A stretch of DNA of 64,000 bases from assembly GCF_009834535.1 (NCBI RefSeq), contig NC_045697.1, positions 121,150,001-121,214,000 of the forward strand, in the 5' to 3' direction. A program made the translations under genes and the position numbers. The notes under the pieces were generated by a model. It did no database searches. It was not told the origin of the DNA and saw only the letters and a program-made list of their open reading frames with translations. This DNA is from Camelus ferus (lineage: Eukaryota). Positions 51,855 through 62,977 of this stretch are shown here, in pieces (the stretch's first letter is position 1; each line of letters starts with the position of its first letter).

Positions 51855-52295
51855 GCAGGGAATGTAAATATGCTAGGCATTTCATTTGACCCACAAGACA
51901 TCGTCAACTTCTTTCCAGACTTACTCTGTGCAAGGAGCAGATGACCTGTTCAGATCGCATCAAAGGAGTCCTGCTCTGGTTTCCAGTTAGGTCTGGTCAA
52001 TGGGAGGCATAGACAGGGAAACATCAGGAGATGGGAGAAGAGTAAAACTGGGATATTCTCTACCATGAATCTCTGCTCTTTGGATCTCCAAGGGTTGGCT
52101 AGTTTTCTTCTGTGCCCCTCTCCCCAGAGCCTTAACTCCAAGAGGCAGCTCACTCCATACATCTGCTCTCTCCAGTTTCCTTTCCCTCCACACGCATTAT
52201 TGCTAATACTTCCAGGGCATTATGCCATCCCTTCCTTGCTTCCCCTAAACCCTGCCCATACTACTGTAAATTATTCCCTCTATAAAAGTCTTCAG
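51855..52295 (+). mobile_element. LTR33-like ERVL solo LTR (old)
   Basis: ctctgtgcaaggagcagatgacc...ctctggtttccagttaggtctggtcaatgggaggca...gagatgggagaagag...ccctaaaccctgcccatactactgtaaattattccc resembles the LTR33 consensus. Boundaries are approximate. Confidence 0.7.
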
Positions 52296-52465
52296 ATGGG
52301 GATATAGAGCAACAGAACTCTCATTCATTTGGCAGTTTCATACAAAACTAAGCATAACCTTACCACACAATCCAGCAATCACACTTCTAGGTGTTTACTC
52401 AACTAATTTGAAATTTTGTGTCTAGACAAAAACCAGCACATAAATGTTTATAGCAGCTTTCTTTA
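52296..52465 (+). mobile_element. Old L1 (L1MB/L1MC-like) fragment, ORF2 end region
   Basis: gagcaacagaactctcattcatt...ggcagtttc...aatccagcaatcacacttctaggtgtttac...aatgtttatagcagcttt matches the L1 ORF2 3' region. Confidence 0.75.
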
Positions 52466-52467
52466 CA

Positions 52468-53040
52468 CAGTTGACCTTTGAACAACGTGGGTTAAAGGCA
52501 CTGATTCCCCATATGGTAGAAAATCCCTCTCTAACTTTTGACTTCCCTCAAACTTACATGTATTATATACTGTATTCTTTAAAATTATATATATAATATA
52601 TATATATATATATCTATATATATATATATATATATTATTGACGTTTAGTCAGTTTACAATGTTGTGCAATTTCTGGTGTACAGTACAACGTTCAATCATA
52701 TAGGAACATATATTTTTTTCATAATCTCTTTCACCATAAGTTACTACAATATATTGAATATAGTTCCCTGTGCTATACAGTATAAACAAGTTTATACTGT
52801 ATTCTTATATAAAGTTAGCTAGAGGTAAGAAAATGTTACTAAGAAAATCATAAGGAAGAGAAAATACATTTACAATACTGCATTGATAGATGCTGTAAGT
52901 TTATGTCATCTGTTTACAAGATGAATCATCTATCAGTACCTATATCAATATTGTCTTATATGATACAAAACACTATACATATACACATATTACTAACACT
53001 AAACATCAGAAGTGAAAAGATACTGTAAAAAAGAAATTCA
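52468..53040. mobile_element. Tigger2-family (TcMar) DNA transposon fragment, interrupted by an L1 3' end
   Basis: Begins with the terminal repeat cagttgacctttgaacaac and continues aacttttgacttccc...tatactgtattctt...aagttagctagag...aaaatgttactaagaaaatcataaggaagagaaaatacatttac. The right boundary is approximate. Confidence 0.8.
52580..52792 (-). mobile_element. Young 5'-truncated L1 3' end with (TA)n tail and 14 bp TSD
   Basis: gtttacaatgttgtgcaatttctggtgtacag...ttgaatatagttccctgtgctatacag. Flanked by the direct repeat TATACTGTATTCTT at 52566-52579 and 52793-52806; TA-rich tail at ~52585-52635. Confidence 0.9.
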
Positions 53041-53139
53041 TTTTTATTATAAATATAACATGTCACGCATTGGTCGCCTACTGTCGTATCTGTATTCTAG
53101 TTTTACGATTTCAGAATTCTGGGATAGCTAAGGAAAGCC

Positions 53140-53281
53140 ACGTTTATTCAGGAGGAAGCACCCCTGCCAACCCCTTGATTTGGGATTTCCCAGCCTCCAG
53201 AACTGTGAGAAAATGAATTTCTGTTGTTTCAGCCTCCAGTCTGTGGCTATTTGTCCATGGCAGCCCTATCTAATCAATACA
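53140..53281 (+). mobile_element. MLT1 (MaLR) LTR 3' fragment
   Basis: ccctgccaaccccttgatttgggatttcccagcctccagaactgtgagaaaatgaatttctgttgttt...ggcagccct...aataca matches the MLT1 3' end. Confidence 0.88.
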
Positions 53282-53587
53282 CTGCTCACTGTTAAGATTT
53301 AAGTCTCATTTCTCTCTGCATCTTTTTCAATCTTATTCTCTACATTGTGTGATTTTATAGTTTCTACTAATAATTATTTGTTCCTGAAAATGGTACCACT
53401 GTGAAAATAATTTATGTCTTAATCTGACATTACCTCAATTAAAAACATTGAAAAAATTGGTTTCAATGAAATTTATTGATGCTAAAATAATTGAATTTGT
53501 TCCACAGATAAATTTATGTGGATACATGTGAAAATTACACATAATCTCAAACAAATAAACAAAAAAAAAAAACACATAGAGAAAGAA

Positions 53588-53725
53588 TGCACATTAGAAT
53601 CACCTGGGAAATTCTCAAAATGATTGATACCTAAATCTAACCCCAAAGTACTGGTTTAAAATTCTGGGATGCAGTCTGGTCACCAGAATGATAAAATCTC
53701 CCCCAAGTAATTCTAATGCCCAGCA
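53588..53725. mobile_element. MER5A-like hAT-Charlie element
   Basis: tgcacattagaatcacctggga at one end and ccccaagtaattctaatgc at the other, as in the palindromic MER5A. Confidence 0.75.
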
Positions 53726-55631
53726 TGTGGCAGAATAAACTATTGTTAAATCTGCAAAAAGCTTTAAAGATGTTCAGTTTGAATCCTTTCTTTGATATTT
53801 AATCTACATTTATGTGACCACTATAAATGTTACATTATTCTGTGACTGTTTCCCTCTCTCTCATCTGTTTGTTGAAATAAAGATGTTCCAGAGTAATTCT
53901 TTAAGTTTTACCTTAATAAGACTAATTTTAATAAACATTCTAGCTGTTTGGTGTAAAAATTTTAATGCTGATGCACTATAAGAAAAATGAATTTTTCACT
54001 CTTGAAATGCTAGTCTCTCATGTAGATAATTTAGGATGTTCATATAAAAATATCTGTTTAGAAAGGTGAAATACATTCACCTTCTCAGTTGCTGGTACAT
54101 CTTTTTGAATTGAATACTAGAAAACATGATTTGGGTGGAAATATATCTCAGAATTACATTGTGTTTTACCTGCAGAACCTGGGGGTGGAAATATTACTAT
54201 TTACCATATAATCCTGAAATAGATATGGTTATTTAATGCTATCAAAGTCTATATTATTAGTGTTTTTGTTCTTGTATGTTAACTATGATCATTTAAGTTA
54301 CTGGTTTTGCTTTATAAAATTTTAATATGTCAAACTGTTTCTAATCAGATACTTTTAACTTACTGTGATGTTCTGGGTTTTTGTTATTAAATAGTGATTT
54401 TATTGCCAATGTATTAAACAAATGTAGCAAGTTTATCATTCTTGGAGACAAATAAGTATAATTTAGATTCTTTTTTACCTCTCTAACTTCATCCCTTACA
54501 TTTTGGTTTCATGTTTAGTGTAGCTCCATGTCTTTAGCATTATGGTTAATGATTAATTGATGCATGTAAGTTCAGAGAAATGTTGAGGTGATTTAAAAGG
54601 ATTAAATAAGGAACATTCAGGACCCTGATCATGTATACTTAAAATCTGATATAAAAAATGTGAATTAAGTAGAAATATCCATGATAGAAGTGCTTCTGTT
54701 GTTGTTTTGTTTTGTCTTGCTTTGTCTTTAAGTGTATTTTTTATTTTGGGGGTCAAAAGGGAGGCAATTATTTATATGGAAGGAAATTATACCTTTGGGA
54801 TAAATAAGTAGATATCAAGTATCAAAAATTACTGTGTAGAGTTTAGTAGTCATAGTTAACTTTGCTTTAAAAATTAGCCTGACAAGCTTTGCGCTTTGGT
54901 CATAAAACTGCCCGTATACAAAATTAGCTTAATGGATCCACACATTCAGAATATGCAGCCACAGATTTATTCTCTGAGAAATCTTATGGGAAGTTTCATG
55001 TATTATTCCGGATGAATTATATTATCAGACAAGTGCTTTAAAATACTTGGATTATTTCAAGATGTTTAAAGCTAATAATAAAAGTTAAAACAGTTAAAGG
55101 CCATTTTTAATGGCAAATTCTTGTTACATAAATAGAATATTAAAGGTTGTTTGTATCTATATCAATGTGAGACCAAGATTTGTTTTCTATCTCCCCAATT
55201 TTATAAACATCCAGTTTTTCTTTTATAAACTATATTACTCTGAAGTCAATTGAATTTTGCCTAATCAATTAGATGAATAAAACCCTAAGCAATTAATATT
55301 TACAGTGTTAGGGTGAACTGAAAATGTGTTCTTGGTAGAATTTTCACTTATGGTTGGAATATTTTTATAGAACCATCAAGAGTATGTAATACTCTAGGTT
55401 TTTTAGCTTACCAACTTCTTAAAGTACAACAATGTATCTTGGAGAATTATGGGAGGAAAGATCTTTTAAAATCTTACTCCGTAGTCTTACCTCAGATCGT
55501 TTGAATAGAGATTCACTGAGCCATTGCTGGTAGGACTGTGTACAGCTATAGAGAGATTTGTGTAAAAGTGAGTGTAACAGGGAATTAGGGCTCTCACTTT
55601 TTGTTTTTATTTTGGATATAGTGATGCCTTT

Positions 55632-55840
55632 TTTTATTGAAGTATAGTCAGTTTACAATGTTGTGTCAATTTCTGGTGTATAGCATCATGTTTCAGTCAT
55701 ACATGAACATACGTATATTCCCTTCCATATTCTTTTTCATTGTAGGTTACTACAAGATTCTAAATATAGTTGCCTGTGCTATGTAGTGTAAACTTGTTGT
55801 TATCTATTTTATGCATAGTAGTTAGTTTCTACAAATCTAT
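55632..55840 (-). mobile_element. Young L1 3' end (same family as 52580-52792)
   Basis: ttttattgaagtatagtcagtttacaatgttgtgtcaatttctggtgta...ttactacaagattctaaatatagttgcctgtgctat. Possible 7 bp TSD TGCCTTT at 55625-55631 and 55841-55847. Confidence 0.88.
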
Positions 55841-56655
55841 TGCCTTTACTGTTCGAGATTTGGGGTATTTTTGGTGTTGAGATGTTGTTACTTTCTGTAC
55901 AGGTTTTGGGATCGTGGTGTAAGTTTGTAATAGGATTCCAAGTTGCTTCTCTTTATATTGACCATTTTCAAGAGATTCTAAAGGAAGGGAAGTCTCAGCA
56001 GTGTTTTTAAAATAGCCCTCTAGGTTGTCTGCTGGCTTGCCGAGGTATCTGTTGCCTTTTATGTTAAGCAAAAGAACTTGAATGTTTTATCTAATAATTC
56101 AACTGCCAGTATGCCAAATTTGTAAATATGAAAATGGCTGTTAGAGGTGTCATTCATGCATATTCAGTGGTAGTCAGCAGTAGATGTTTTAACAAGCAAA
56201 ATTCAACAATTTTTTTTCTCTTTTTTCCTTACATACTTGTCTGCTCTTACCTGAGTAGTGATATTTGATTTTTTTTTCTCCTAACCCCAGGCTTCACCAT
56301 TTGCTGGTGGAAAATCAGAGAGATGTAGTAGCAAGCAATTATCTGAGATCAATATTAGCACATTACTCATCCCCTAGGTCTCCCTGGAATGTATATAAAA
56401 GTATAGATTAAAATGTGTAAATTAGTGTTAATTTTACCTTGCATGTGAGAGGGTGATGAGAGGGTGTATTGTTTCACATTCTCTTTCCTCCTGTAGAAAT
56501 TTGTGTGTCAGGAAATGTTCTCGCTCTTTGGTTTTGGACTGGTCATGATGTTGTATTTTGTACTCTGTAGTTTAGCTCTCTTTGCATGAAGCACATTTCC
56601 AGCTGATCTCTTCTTAAAAGAATACACTGCTACCTTCTGGATTTTTCTGAACAAG

Positions 56656-57149
56656 TGTAATAGGGAAGAACAAATCTAACTCCATGTTAATTTGTTCCTT
56701 TAGCTCTAAACCTGTGCTCTGTTTCCAGTGGTGAGTCATGCTGGTTCTTCATCTTTTGTAATAGAATGTTGCCTATGGCCTAAAACTTACAGAATAGCCC
56801 ATTCGCAAGGCTCTGACCTTTAAGGGTATAACACTTTCCCATTTGTATAGAGATAAAAAGTTGCACATCTTGCTGGAGGTTTACCAGAACATCATAACCT
56901 GACCTAGGTGGGCAGCTGCAAGAACAAAGGATTCTGACACCAAGAAGTTTGCAACAACTAACCACACTCCTTCCTCTTTTTAGTATAAAAGGAGTCTGAA
57001 TTCTGACGTGGGTAAGATGGTTCTTTAGGATGCTATTACCCTGTCTTCTCTGTCTGCTGGTTTTCCCAATAAAGTCATTATTCCTTGACACAACAGCTCA
57101 TCTCCCAAATTATTGATGTGTCGGGGTGAGCAATTTGGACTCAGTAACA
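56656..57149 (+). mobile_element. ERV1-class solo LTR (MER41-like), copy 1
   Basis: Starts TGTAA and ends AACA; TATA-like agtataaaa at ~56983 and AATAAA at ~57068. Clearly homologous to 62181-62709. The family name is from recall. Confidence 0.85.
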
Positions 57150-57565
57150 GCAGTGCTTTCATTTTCTCATCCTGCAAATTGCAGTCTTTTCTAGGGCTCA
57201 TGAAAGTCTTAGTTCTTCTGGGAGCCTTGGATTTCAAGGTCGGAGATTTACTCCACTGGCTGAACAGGAAGTGAACAGACGGTTTGGAGCCAGATAGTCT
57301 GACCTGAATGTGCTCCTCACTGGCTGGCGATTCATGCTTGTTCTCCCGGGCTTTGCTTCCTCCTGATCTTTCCATTTATCTAGAAACAACTTCTTGTGGC
57401 CTAACCTATTAGACACCAGTTGGGTTTAGGACTGTATGCTCAGATCAGAAGAGGTATTCAATACATATTTGTTGAATATAGCCTATTCAACAAGTTATCT
57501 TAAAAATTTCAACTTCTTGCCCAGGTGGAATTCTAACACTTGAGCAATAACTGCTGCTAGAGAAC

Positions 57566-58505
57566 TTTTTTTTTCACTTGCCCCAACTTTATTAAAGAAA
57601 AAGCAACGATGGTAATCTCTGGAACATAGTCAGCTTTCTGGGATTCTTCCCTCGAAAACATGACATTTCCAAACACATGCCAGAGTGTCCCTGGTTCCCA
57701 GCTGTACTAAGTAGGTGAGAAGCTGAAATCCTAAAACGTTCATCTGCAACTTTCCGCAGTCTGTGGTCTGTCTGTGGATTGGCAGTAATCGCCTGAACAG
57801 CTACTATGGCTTTGTTAATTTTTGTCTGTAGTTCTCTGAGCTCTTTTATGTGTGGCAATCGCAGAATCTGAGCAGCATCGTTAAGAACTGCATCTCCTGT
57901 GTCAAAACCAGGAATATGCTTATCTAAAGCAACAGACAGGCCGCCTTTTGTTTGATTTGCTTTAGCAACTGCATCCTGTGTCAGGCACTCCTGGACCAAA
58001 TGCGAATTGCCTTAAGCATTACCAGGTAATCGTCCTGACTCTAATCGGAGGGTTAGCCAAAGCAGTTACACCAGCCTTAAAATCAGGATTATTTATATCC
58101 AAATTGATCAATGGCTCTGCATTTTTAGCTGCACTGTCAGCATTTTTTGTATTATCAGGTACCAAGTCCTTGTATTTTTCAGCATTGCCTCCATATTCAA
58201 GTCTAACAGCTAAACCAAGAAGCCAGTCGATTGCTTCTTGTCAATCTTGAATCTTGAAAGGACAGTGAACATCTCTGAGATACTTTTCAAAGAACTTGGG
58301 CCAGTCACTGCTATGGATGTTTCATAAATTACCTCTGTCTTCAGTCTTGTAGTGTCTGATTTTCTGGTCTTCAAGCCAATCAATAAAGTTTTAAATTCTG
58401 TTTCATCTTTGCAATTTTAGCCGGCAGGGTTGTGGTAGTCGAGGGCCGTCAGCTTGTGACCAACATGGTCCCGGAAGCTCTCTCTTCGGCCGGGAGAGGA
58501 GAGGC
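57566..58505 (-). pseudogene. RTRAF: Processed pseudogene of RTRAF (C14orf166/CGI-99/hCLE, tRNA-ligase complex subunit)
   Basis: The minus strand reads KLTALDYHNPAG, WLEDQKIRHYK, SSDWPKFFEKYLRDV, EAIDWLLGLAVRLEYG, AEPLINLD, DAVAKANQTK, AAQILRL..ELRELQTKIN..DHRL with no introns. ATG at 58466-58464; ancestral stop at 57742-57740. Several frameshifts and in-frame stops (GGC TAA; TTA TGA). AATAAA at 57593-57588, poly(A) at 57574-57566, TSD CTAGA(G/A)AACTTTT at 57557-57569 and 58506-58518. Confidence 0.97.
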
Positions 58506-58820
58506 CTAGAAAACTTTTAAAAGCAAAAAAGAAGCCAAAGCCAAATCCTGTATTAAACTTTTAAATGTTTAATATTTAATAATATTTCTTATCCGGGTGC
58601 CGTACTGTATTATAATGGCATAGTTTCCCCTCTTCAAAAAATATGTGGGGAAAATAAGATGACCTAATTATCATCAGTCCTCCTTTTAGTTTTGTGATTA
58701 TATAATATTCACCATTTTAATTTAGCATACATTATCACCTCTTTCAATTCTAGTCATGAATAAACATATTTCAAGGTGTACCATGGAATGTAGGACAGAT
58801 TTTAATATGCTATTTTAGGG

Positions 58821-58840
58821 TATATATATATATATATATA
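58821..58840. repeat. (TA)10 microsatellite
   Basis: Direct reading. Confidence 0.95.
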
Positions 58841-58899
58841 TCCACTTGGCATTGCATTGTATTTCTCTCCTTTCAAATTCTTTGGTGGCTAACATTTCT

Positions 58900-59390
58900 T
58901 TCTTAGTTAGGGACTGTTTGTTCCGTTACTGTCAATCAACAGAACTCAATGAATTAAGTTTAAGCAAAAGAAAAAAATGTAAGACTGTCTCATGAAACTC
59001 AATGGTAGGAGAAACAATCAGGTCTCACAAAGAACTGGAACCAGGGACTGAAAGTTAATAAACGAGGTTATTTTCTCTCTCTCTTCTGGGTCACAGAACC
59101 CTCGATTTCTACTGACACTTCATATATGCCACATTTCTCTCTCTCCCTCTCCATCTCTCCCTCTCTCCCTCTCTCTCACTTTCTCTGTTTTAGTGTGCTC
59201 ATGATTGCCGAGACCCAGTTTTAAATGGTCTCTCTAATTAAAAGTCCAACAGAAGTTAACTAAAGTCCCTGTGTTCCAATTCCTAGGAAAGAGATCTTTA
59301 ATGACCTACTTTGAATGTGATGTCCATACCTGTTCCAATAAGCTGCAGCCAGTGTGAATGAACTCAGATGACCTAGGATGAAGGGAGTGT
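58900..59390 (-). mobile_element. Old MaLR LTR (MLT1K/L-like)
   Basis: ttagggactgtttg...caacagaactcaa...ttaagcaaaag...gtgtccatacctgttccaataagctgcagccag pattern with an internal CT-rich tract at ~59135-59180. Highly diverged. Confidence 0.55.
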
Positions 59391-60009
59391 GTGCAGGTCA
59401 TCTAGGAGGGTGTTATTATGTTGATTTTAAAAGAGCATACCCCTATTTGTAATACAGATATAAGCCTGCAAGAATGTGTGTCTCTCCCTTTCTGATTACC
59501 CGTAAAGAAGCCAGCATACTGCTTCTTCTTGACCACTTGTCCAAGTACTGATTCTTGACTTTTTAGAAGTGAAGAATCCTGAGAGGGGGATATAAGATGA
59601 TATAAGAAAAGTCCAGTTGTCTGGGGTGCAATGAGGAAGCTCAGTTGTATCTGACCCTCCACCTAGCCCCAGTGACACATCAGTGGTGAGTCACACACAG
59701 AGCATATGAACAACTCTGCCTCATTTTTGCCATCTTTCTGTCTCCAGACTTCCCTTGCAAACTTATCCCTGCCTGTTAAGCAATTCCTAGTATTAAACAA
59801 AGGCAAATTCTCTTCTTCACAAGCCAGCAGAGAGAGATGCATTAGTGCTTTGTTTGGTATGTAAAAAATAATTTGGACTAACCAGAGATCAGAGCTGAGA
59901 CAAATCTTAGCATATGCCCTGCTTCCCATATTCATAGAGACCTTTGATGGCTGGCTGACTTGGAAAAGAACGTTCTTTGTTTCAGTGTTGTTGTTACTGT
60001 TGTCTGTTT

Positions 60010-60140
60010 CCTCAGGGCTAAGTTTCTTCACTGATAAATGGTGGTGATAATAATCATAACTACCTAACGGTGCTGCTGAAAAATTTTAGAACAGTCCCTA
60101 AAATATGTTAAGCACTTACTAAATGTTAGCTGTTATTATC
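60010..60140 (+). mobile_element. MIR fragment (core to 3' end)
   Basis: agtttcttcactgataaatgg...ataataatcataactacc...ttagaacagtcc...taagcacttactaaatgttagctgttattat. Confidence 0.7.
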
Positions 60141-60221
60141 TTTGACAGATAAAGCAGTACTGAAAAGAAAAATCCATTACCTTAAACACTTATATTAATA
60201 AACCAAAAAATGATTCAGTTT

Positions 60222-60745
60222 CATTACTGGTAATTGGTCTGTTCATATTTTCTATTCTTCCTGGTTCAGTCTTGGGAGACTGTGCCTTTCTAAGAATTTG
60301 TCCTTTTCTTCTAGGTTATCCATTTATTGACGTGTAGTTGTAGTGGTCTCCTATGATCCTTTGTACTTCTATGGTGTCTGTTGTAACTTCTCCTTTTTCA
60401 TTTCTCATTTTATTAATTTGGGCCCTCTCCTTTTTATTCTTGATAAGTCTGATTAAAGGTTTATCAATTTTGTTTATCTTATCAAGGAACCAGCTTTTCA
60501 TTTCATTGATCTTTCTATTTTGTTTTTAGTCTCAGTTTCATTTATTTCTGCTCTGATCTTTATGATTTCTTTCCTTCTGCTAACTTTGGGTTTTGTTTTG
60601 TTCTTTCTTCTTTCATTGCTTTAAGTGTAGGTTAGGTTTTGTTTATTGGAGATTTTTATTTTTTCTTGAGGTAATGCTCTAAATTATCCCCTCTTAGAAC
60701 TGTTTTTTGCTGCATCTCATAGGTTTTGGATCATCATGTTTTCAT
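60222..60745 (-). mobile_element. L1 ORF2 fragment (post-endonuclease region)
   Basis: ORF 60316-60501 encodes KSWFLDKINKIDKPLIRLIKNKKERAQINKMRNEKGEVTTDTIEVQRII, typical L1 ORF2p. Confidence 0.95.
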
Positions 60746-60789
60746 TAAAAAAATTTTTTAAAGGGCCAGATTATGGACACTCTGAAAAG

Positions 60790-62128
60790 AAAAATAAATT
60801 TTATACTTAAAAAAATAAGCTACAAAAAATTTTTAAAATTAAACTCAAAAGGTTAGAAAAACTTAAAAAATGAACTTAAGGACAGGAATTAGAAAATCAA
60901 AGGGAAGAAAACAGGAACAGGTAGAGACAATAAATATATCCAAGAAACTGATTTCTTCAGAGAGGAAGTTACAAAAATAGATAAACTATTAGATAATCTG
61001 AATCAAGAAAAGGGAGCACAAAGTTAAAAAGACAAGATACTCAAAAACAATAGGTATAAACAAAATTATGATATTATTGAAATAATTTCTCAATTCTAAG
61101 AAAATAAATTTGAAAACCTGCATGCATGACTATTTTCTGAGAAAATATAAATTACCAAAATTAACTCCAGAAATATAAAAAATCTAAACAGATGAATTAC
61201 CATTAAAAATAGAGAAATTTGTCAGAGCAGCCATTCCCTCAAATAAAGCAATATAATTAATTTCATAGTAGCATTTTACCAAATATTTTAGAAACTAAAA
61301 TCCCAATGTTCTTAAACTATTCTAGAGTACAGAAAAAGGATCCTTTTAGATTATTGTTACAAAACTATAACATTGATACTAAAAACCATCATGATCACAT
61401 AAAAAATTATAAACTACACTCACTTATGAATATAGAAGCAAAATTCCAAATAAAATATTACCAAATATTCGTCAGAATTCAAGGTGATCCACTGTAAGAA
61501 AATCTTATAACTAAGAGTTGTTGATTTAAAGAGAAAAATCGTATTATCATCTCTATAGATGCTGAAAAAGAACTTGATAAATTCAATATCCAGTATTGTT
61601 AAAAAAAGCAAAGGTACAGATCTTAAAAGTAGGAACAAATGGGTTCTTCCTAAACATGATAGCATTGGTCAGCACCTTGCTCAATGGAAAACAATTTAAA
61701 ACTGTAATTAGGAGTAAGACAAAGAGCCTCACTATCACCCATAGTACATGATAATGCAATAAACACAGAAATACATAATCAGCATAAAATTGGAGGGGGA
61801 GCAGATAAAATTATCATTTGTGTAGATATATGATAGTACATGTAGAAAATATCAGAAATTCATCTAAGAAAACTATTCCAATAATAAGACAAGTTGGTAC
61901 AGTGGGGAGGAAAAAAGTAACATATACAGAAGTTAATTGCCTTTACATATATAACAGCCACCAGGTATATGATGTAACATAGGTTAAGATACACTATATT
62001 CAATAACAACAACAAAAATAACTGGAAAGTAGTTAACAAAATACAAAGTTGTATCAAGAGTACTTCATAATGGAAGGGACAAAAATAAGAAAAACAAACA
62101 AATGCAAATAAGAATACATGGAAATTCT
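60790..62128 (+). mobile_element. Old, degraded L1 ORF2 (RT region), part 1
   Basis: Degenerate motifs: aaaatagataaacta (KIDK), atctctatagatgctgaaaaagaacttgataaattcaa (ISIDAEK.DK), ggagtaagacaa...ctatcacc (G.RQ..LSP), gtagatatatgatagtacatgtagaaaat (ADDMIVY-like). Confidence 0.85.
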
Positions 62129-62139
62129 AATCACATGCT

Positions 62140-62966
62140 AGCAAAAACAAACTGTGAATATAAGAAAAAAAGAACAGATTTATAACAGAGAAGAACAAAC
62201 CTGACTCCATATTGGACCCATTCCTTTAGCTCTAACCTCTATGCTCTGTTGCTTGTGCTTAGGCATGTTGGCTCTGCCCCTTTTATAAAGGAATGTTGCC
62301 TATAGCCTGAAATATACAGGAGAGCCCATTCTCAAGGCTCTGACCTTTAAAGCTATGACACTTCTTCCATTCATGTAGAGATTAATTAAGAGTTGCAGAA
62401 CAGAAAATAACAACTGTCTTGTTGGAGGGTTACAGGAACATTGTGACCAGACCTATGTGGACAGCTGGAAACATAAAGAAGGGATTCTGGCACCAAGAAG
62501 TGTGCAAAAAACCAGCCACATTCCTGCCCTTTTAGTATAAAAGAAGCCTAAATTCTAGCTTGGGTAAGACGATTCTTTCAGACACTAGTTCACCGTCTTC
62601 TCAGTTAGCTGGTTTTCCAAATAAAGTCGCTATTCCTTGCCCCACTGCCTCATCTCTTAATTTATTGGCCTGTCGTGCAGCAAGCAGTATGAGCTTGGAC
62701 TCAGCAACAGACCTCACAGATGGTAGAGAACAAACCAGTGGTGACATATAGGAAGAAAGTGGGAGGGGCAAGATAGGGATAGGGAATTAAGAGGTGCAAC
62801 CTATAATGCATAAAATCAATAATCTGCAAGGGTATATTCTATACCACAGGGGCTATAGCCAGTATTGTATCATAACTGTAGACGGAATATAACCTTTAAA
62901 AATTATAATCCTATGTTGTACACCTAAAACTAATTTAATATTGTACATCAGCTATCTCAATGGAAA
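62140..62966 (+). mobile_element. Younger L1 3' end inserted in the old L1 (11 bp TSD), itself interrupted by an LTR
   Basis: aacaaactgtgaatataagaaaaaaaga...ctcacagat..agagaacaaaccagtgg...aattaagaggtgcaac...tgttgtacacctaaaactaa...ttgtacatcagctat. AATCACATGCT is duplicated at 62129-62139 and 62967-62977. Confidence 0.88.
62181..62709 (+). mobile_element. ERV1-class solo LTR (MER41-like), copy 2
   Basis: T(A)TAACA...AGCAACA ends; agtataaaa at ~62534 and AATAAA at ~62620. Degenerate 4 bp TSD GATT/GACC. Homologous to 56656-57149. Confidence 0.85.
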
Positions 62967-62977
62967 AATCACATGCT

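Larger units (their letters stand above)
51045..56303 (-). other. Candidate exon chain of an unidentified (pseudo)gene: 56303-56251, 55545-55491, 54213-54170, 51158-51045
   Basis: Each segment is bounded by pyrimidine-rich ...AG and GT... splice-like signals, and the phases are mutually compatible. No homologue recognised. Confidence 0.3.

Noticed and set aside
54735..54785. Possible truncated camelid SINE tail (ttttgggggt..gggaggcaatta)
   Set aside because: Too short and lacks the tRNA-derived body; cannot be supported.
57592..57999. 135-aa ORF as a functional RTRAF gene
   Set aside because: Starts at a non-ATG codon after a frameshift, lacks the N-terminal two-thirds and reads into the 3' UTR.
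60222..62128. Opposite-strand adjacent L1 pieces as a twin-primed 5' inversion
   Set aside because: Both pieces cover the same KIDK region of ORF2 and differ greatly in decay, so they are separate insertions.
56656..62709. Two co-oriented LTRs ~5.5 kb apart as one provirus that captured RTRAF
   Set aside because: The LTRs are clearly diverged from each other with different indels. There is no gag/pol or primer-binding site between them, the interior holds older MIR/MLT/L1 fossils, and LTR 2 sits inside an L1 with its own flanks. They are independent solo LTRs.
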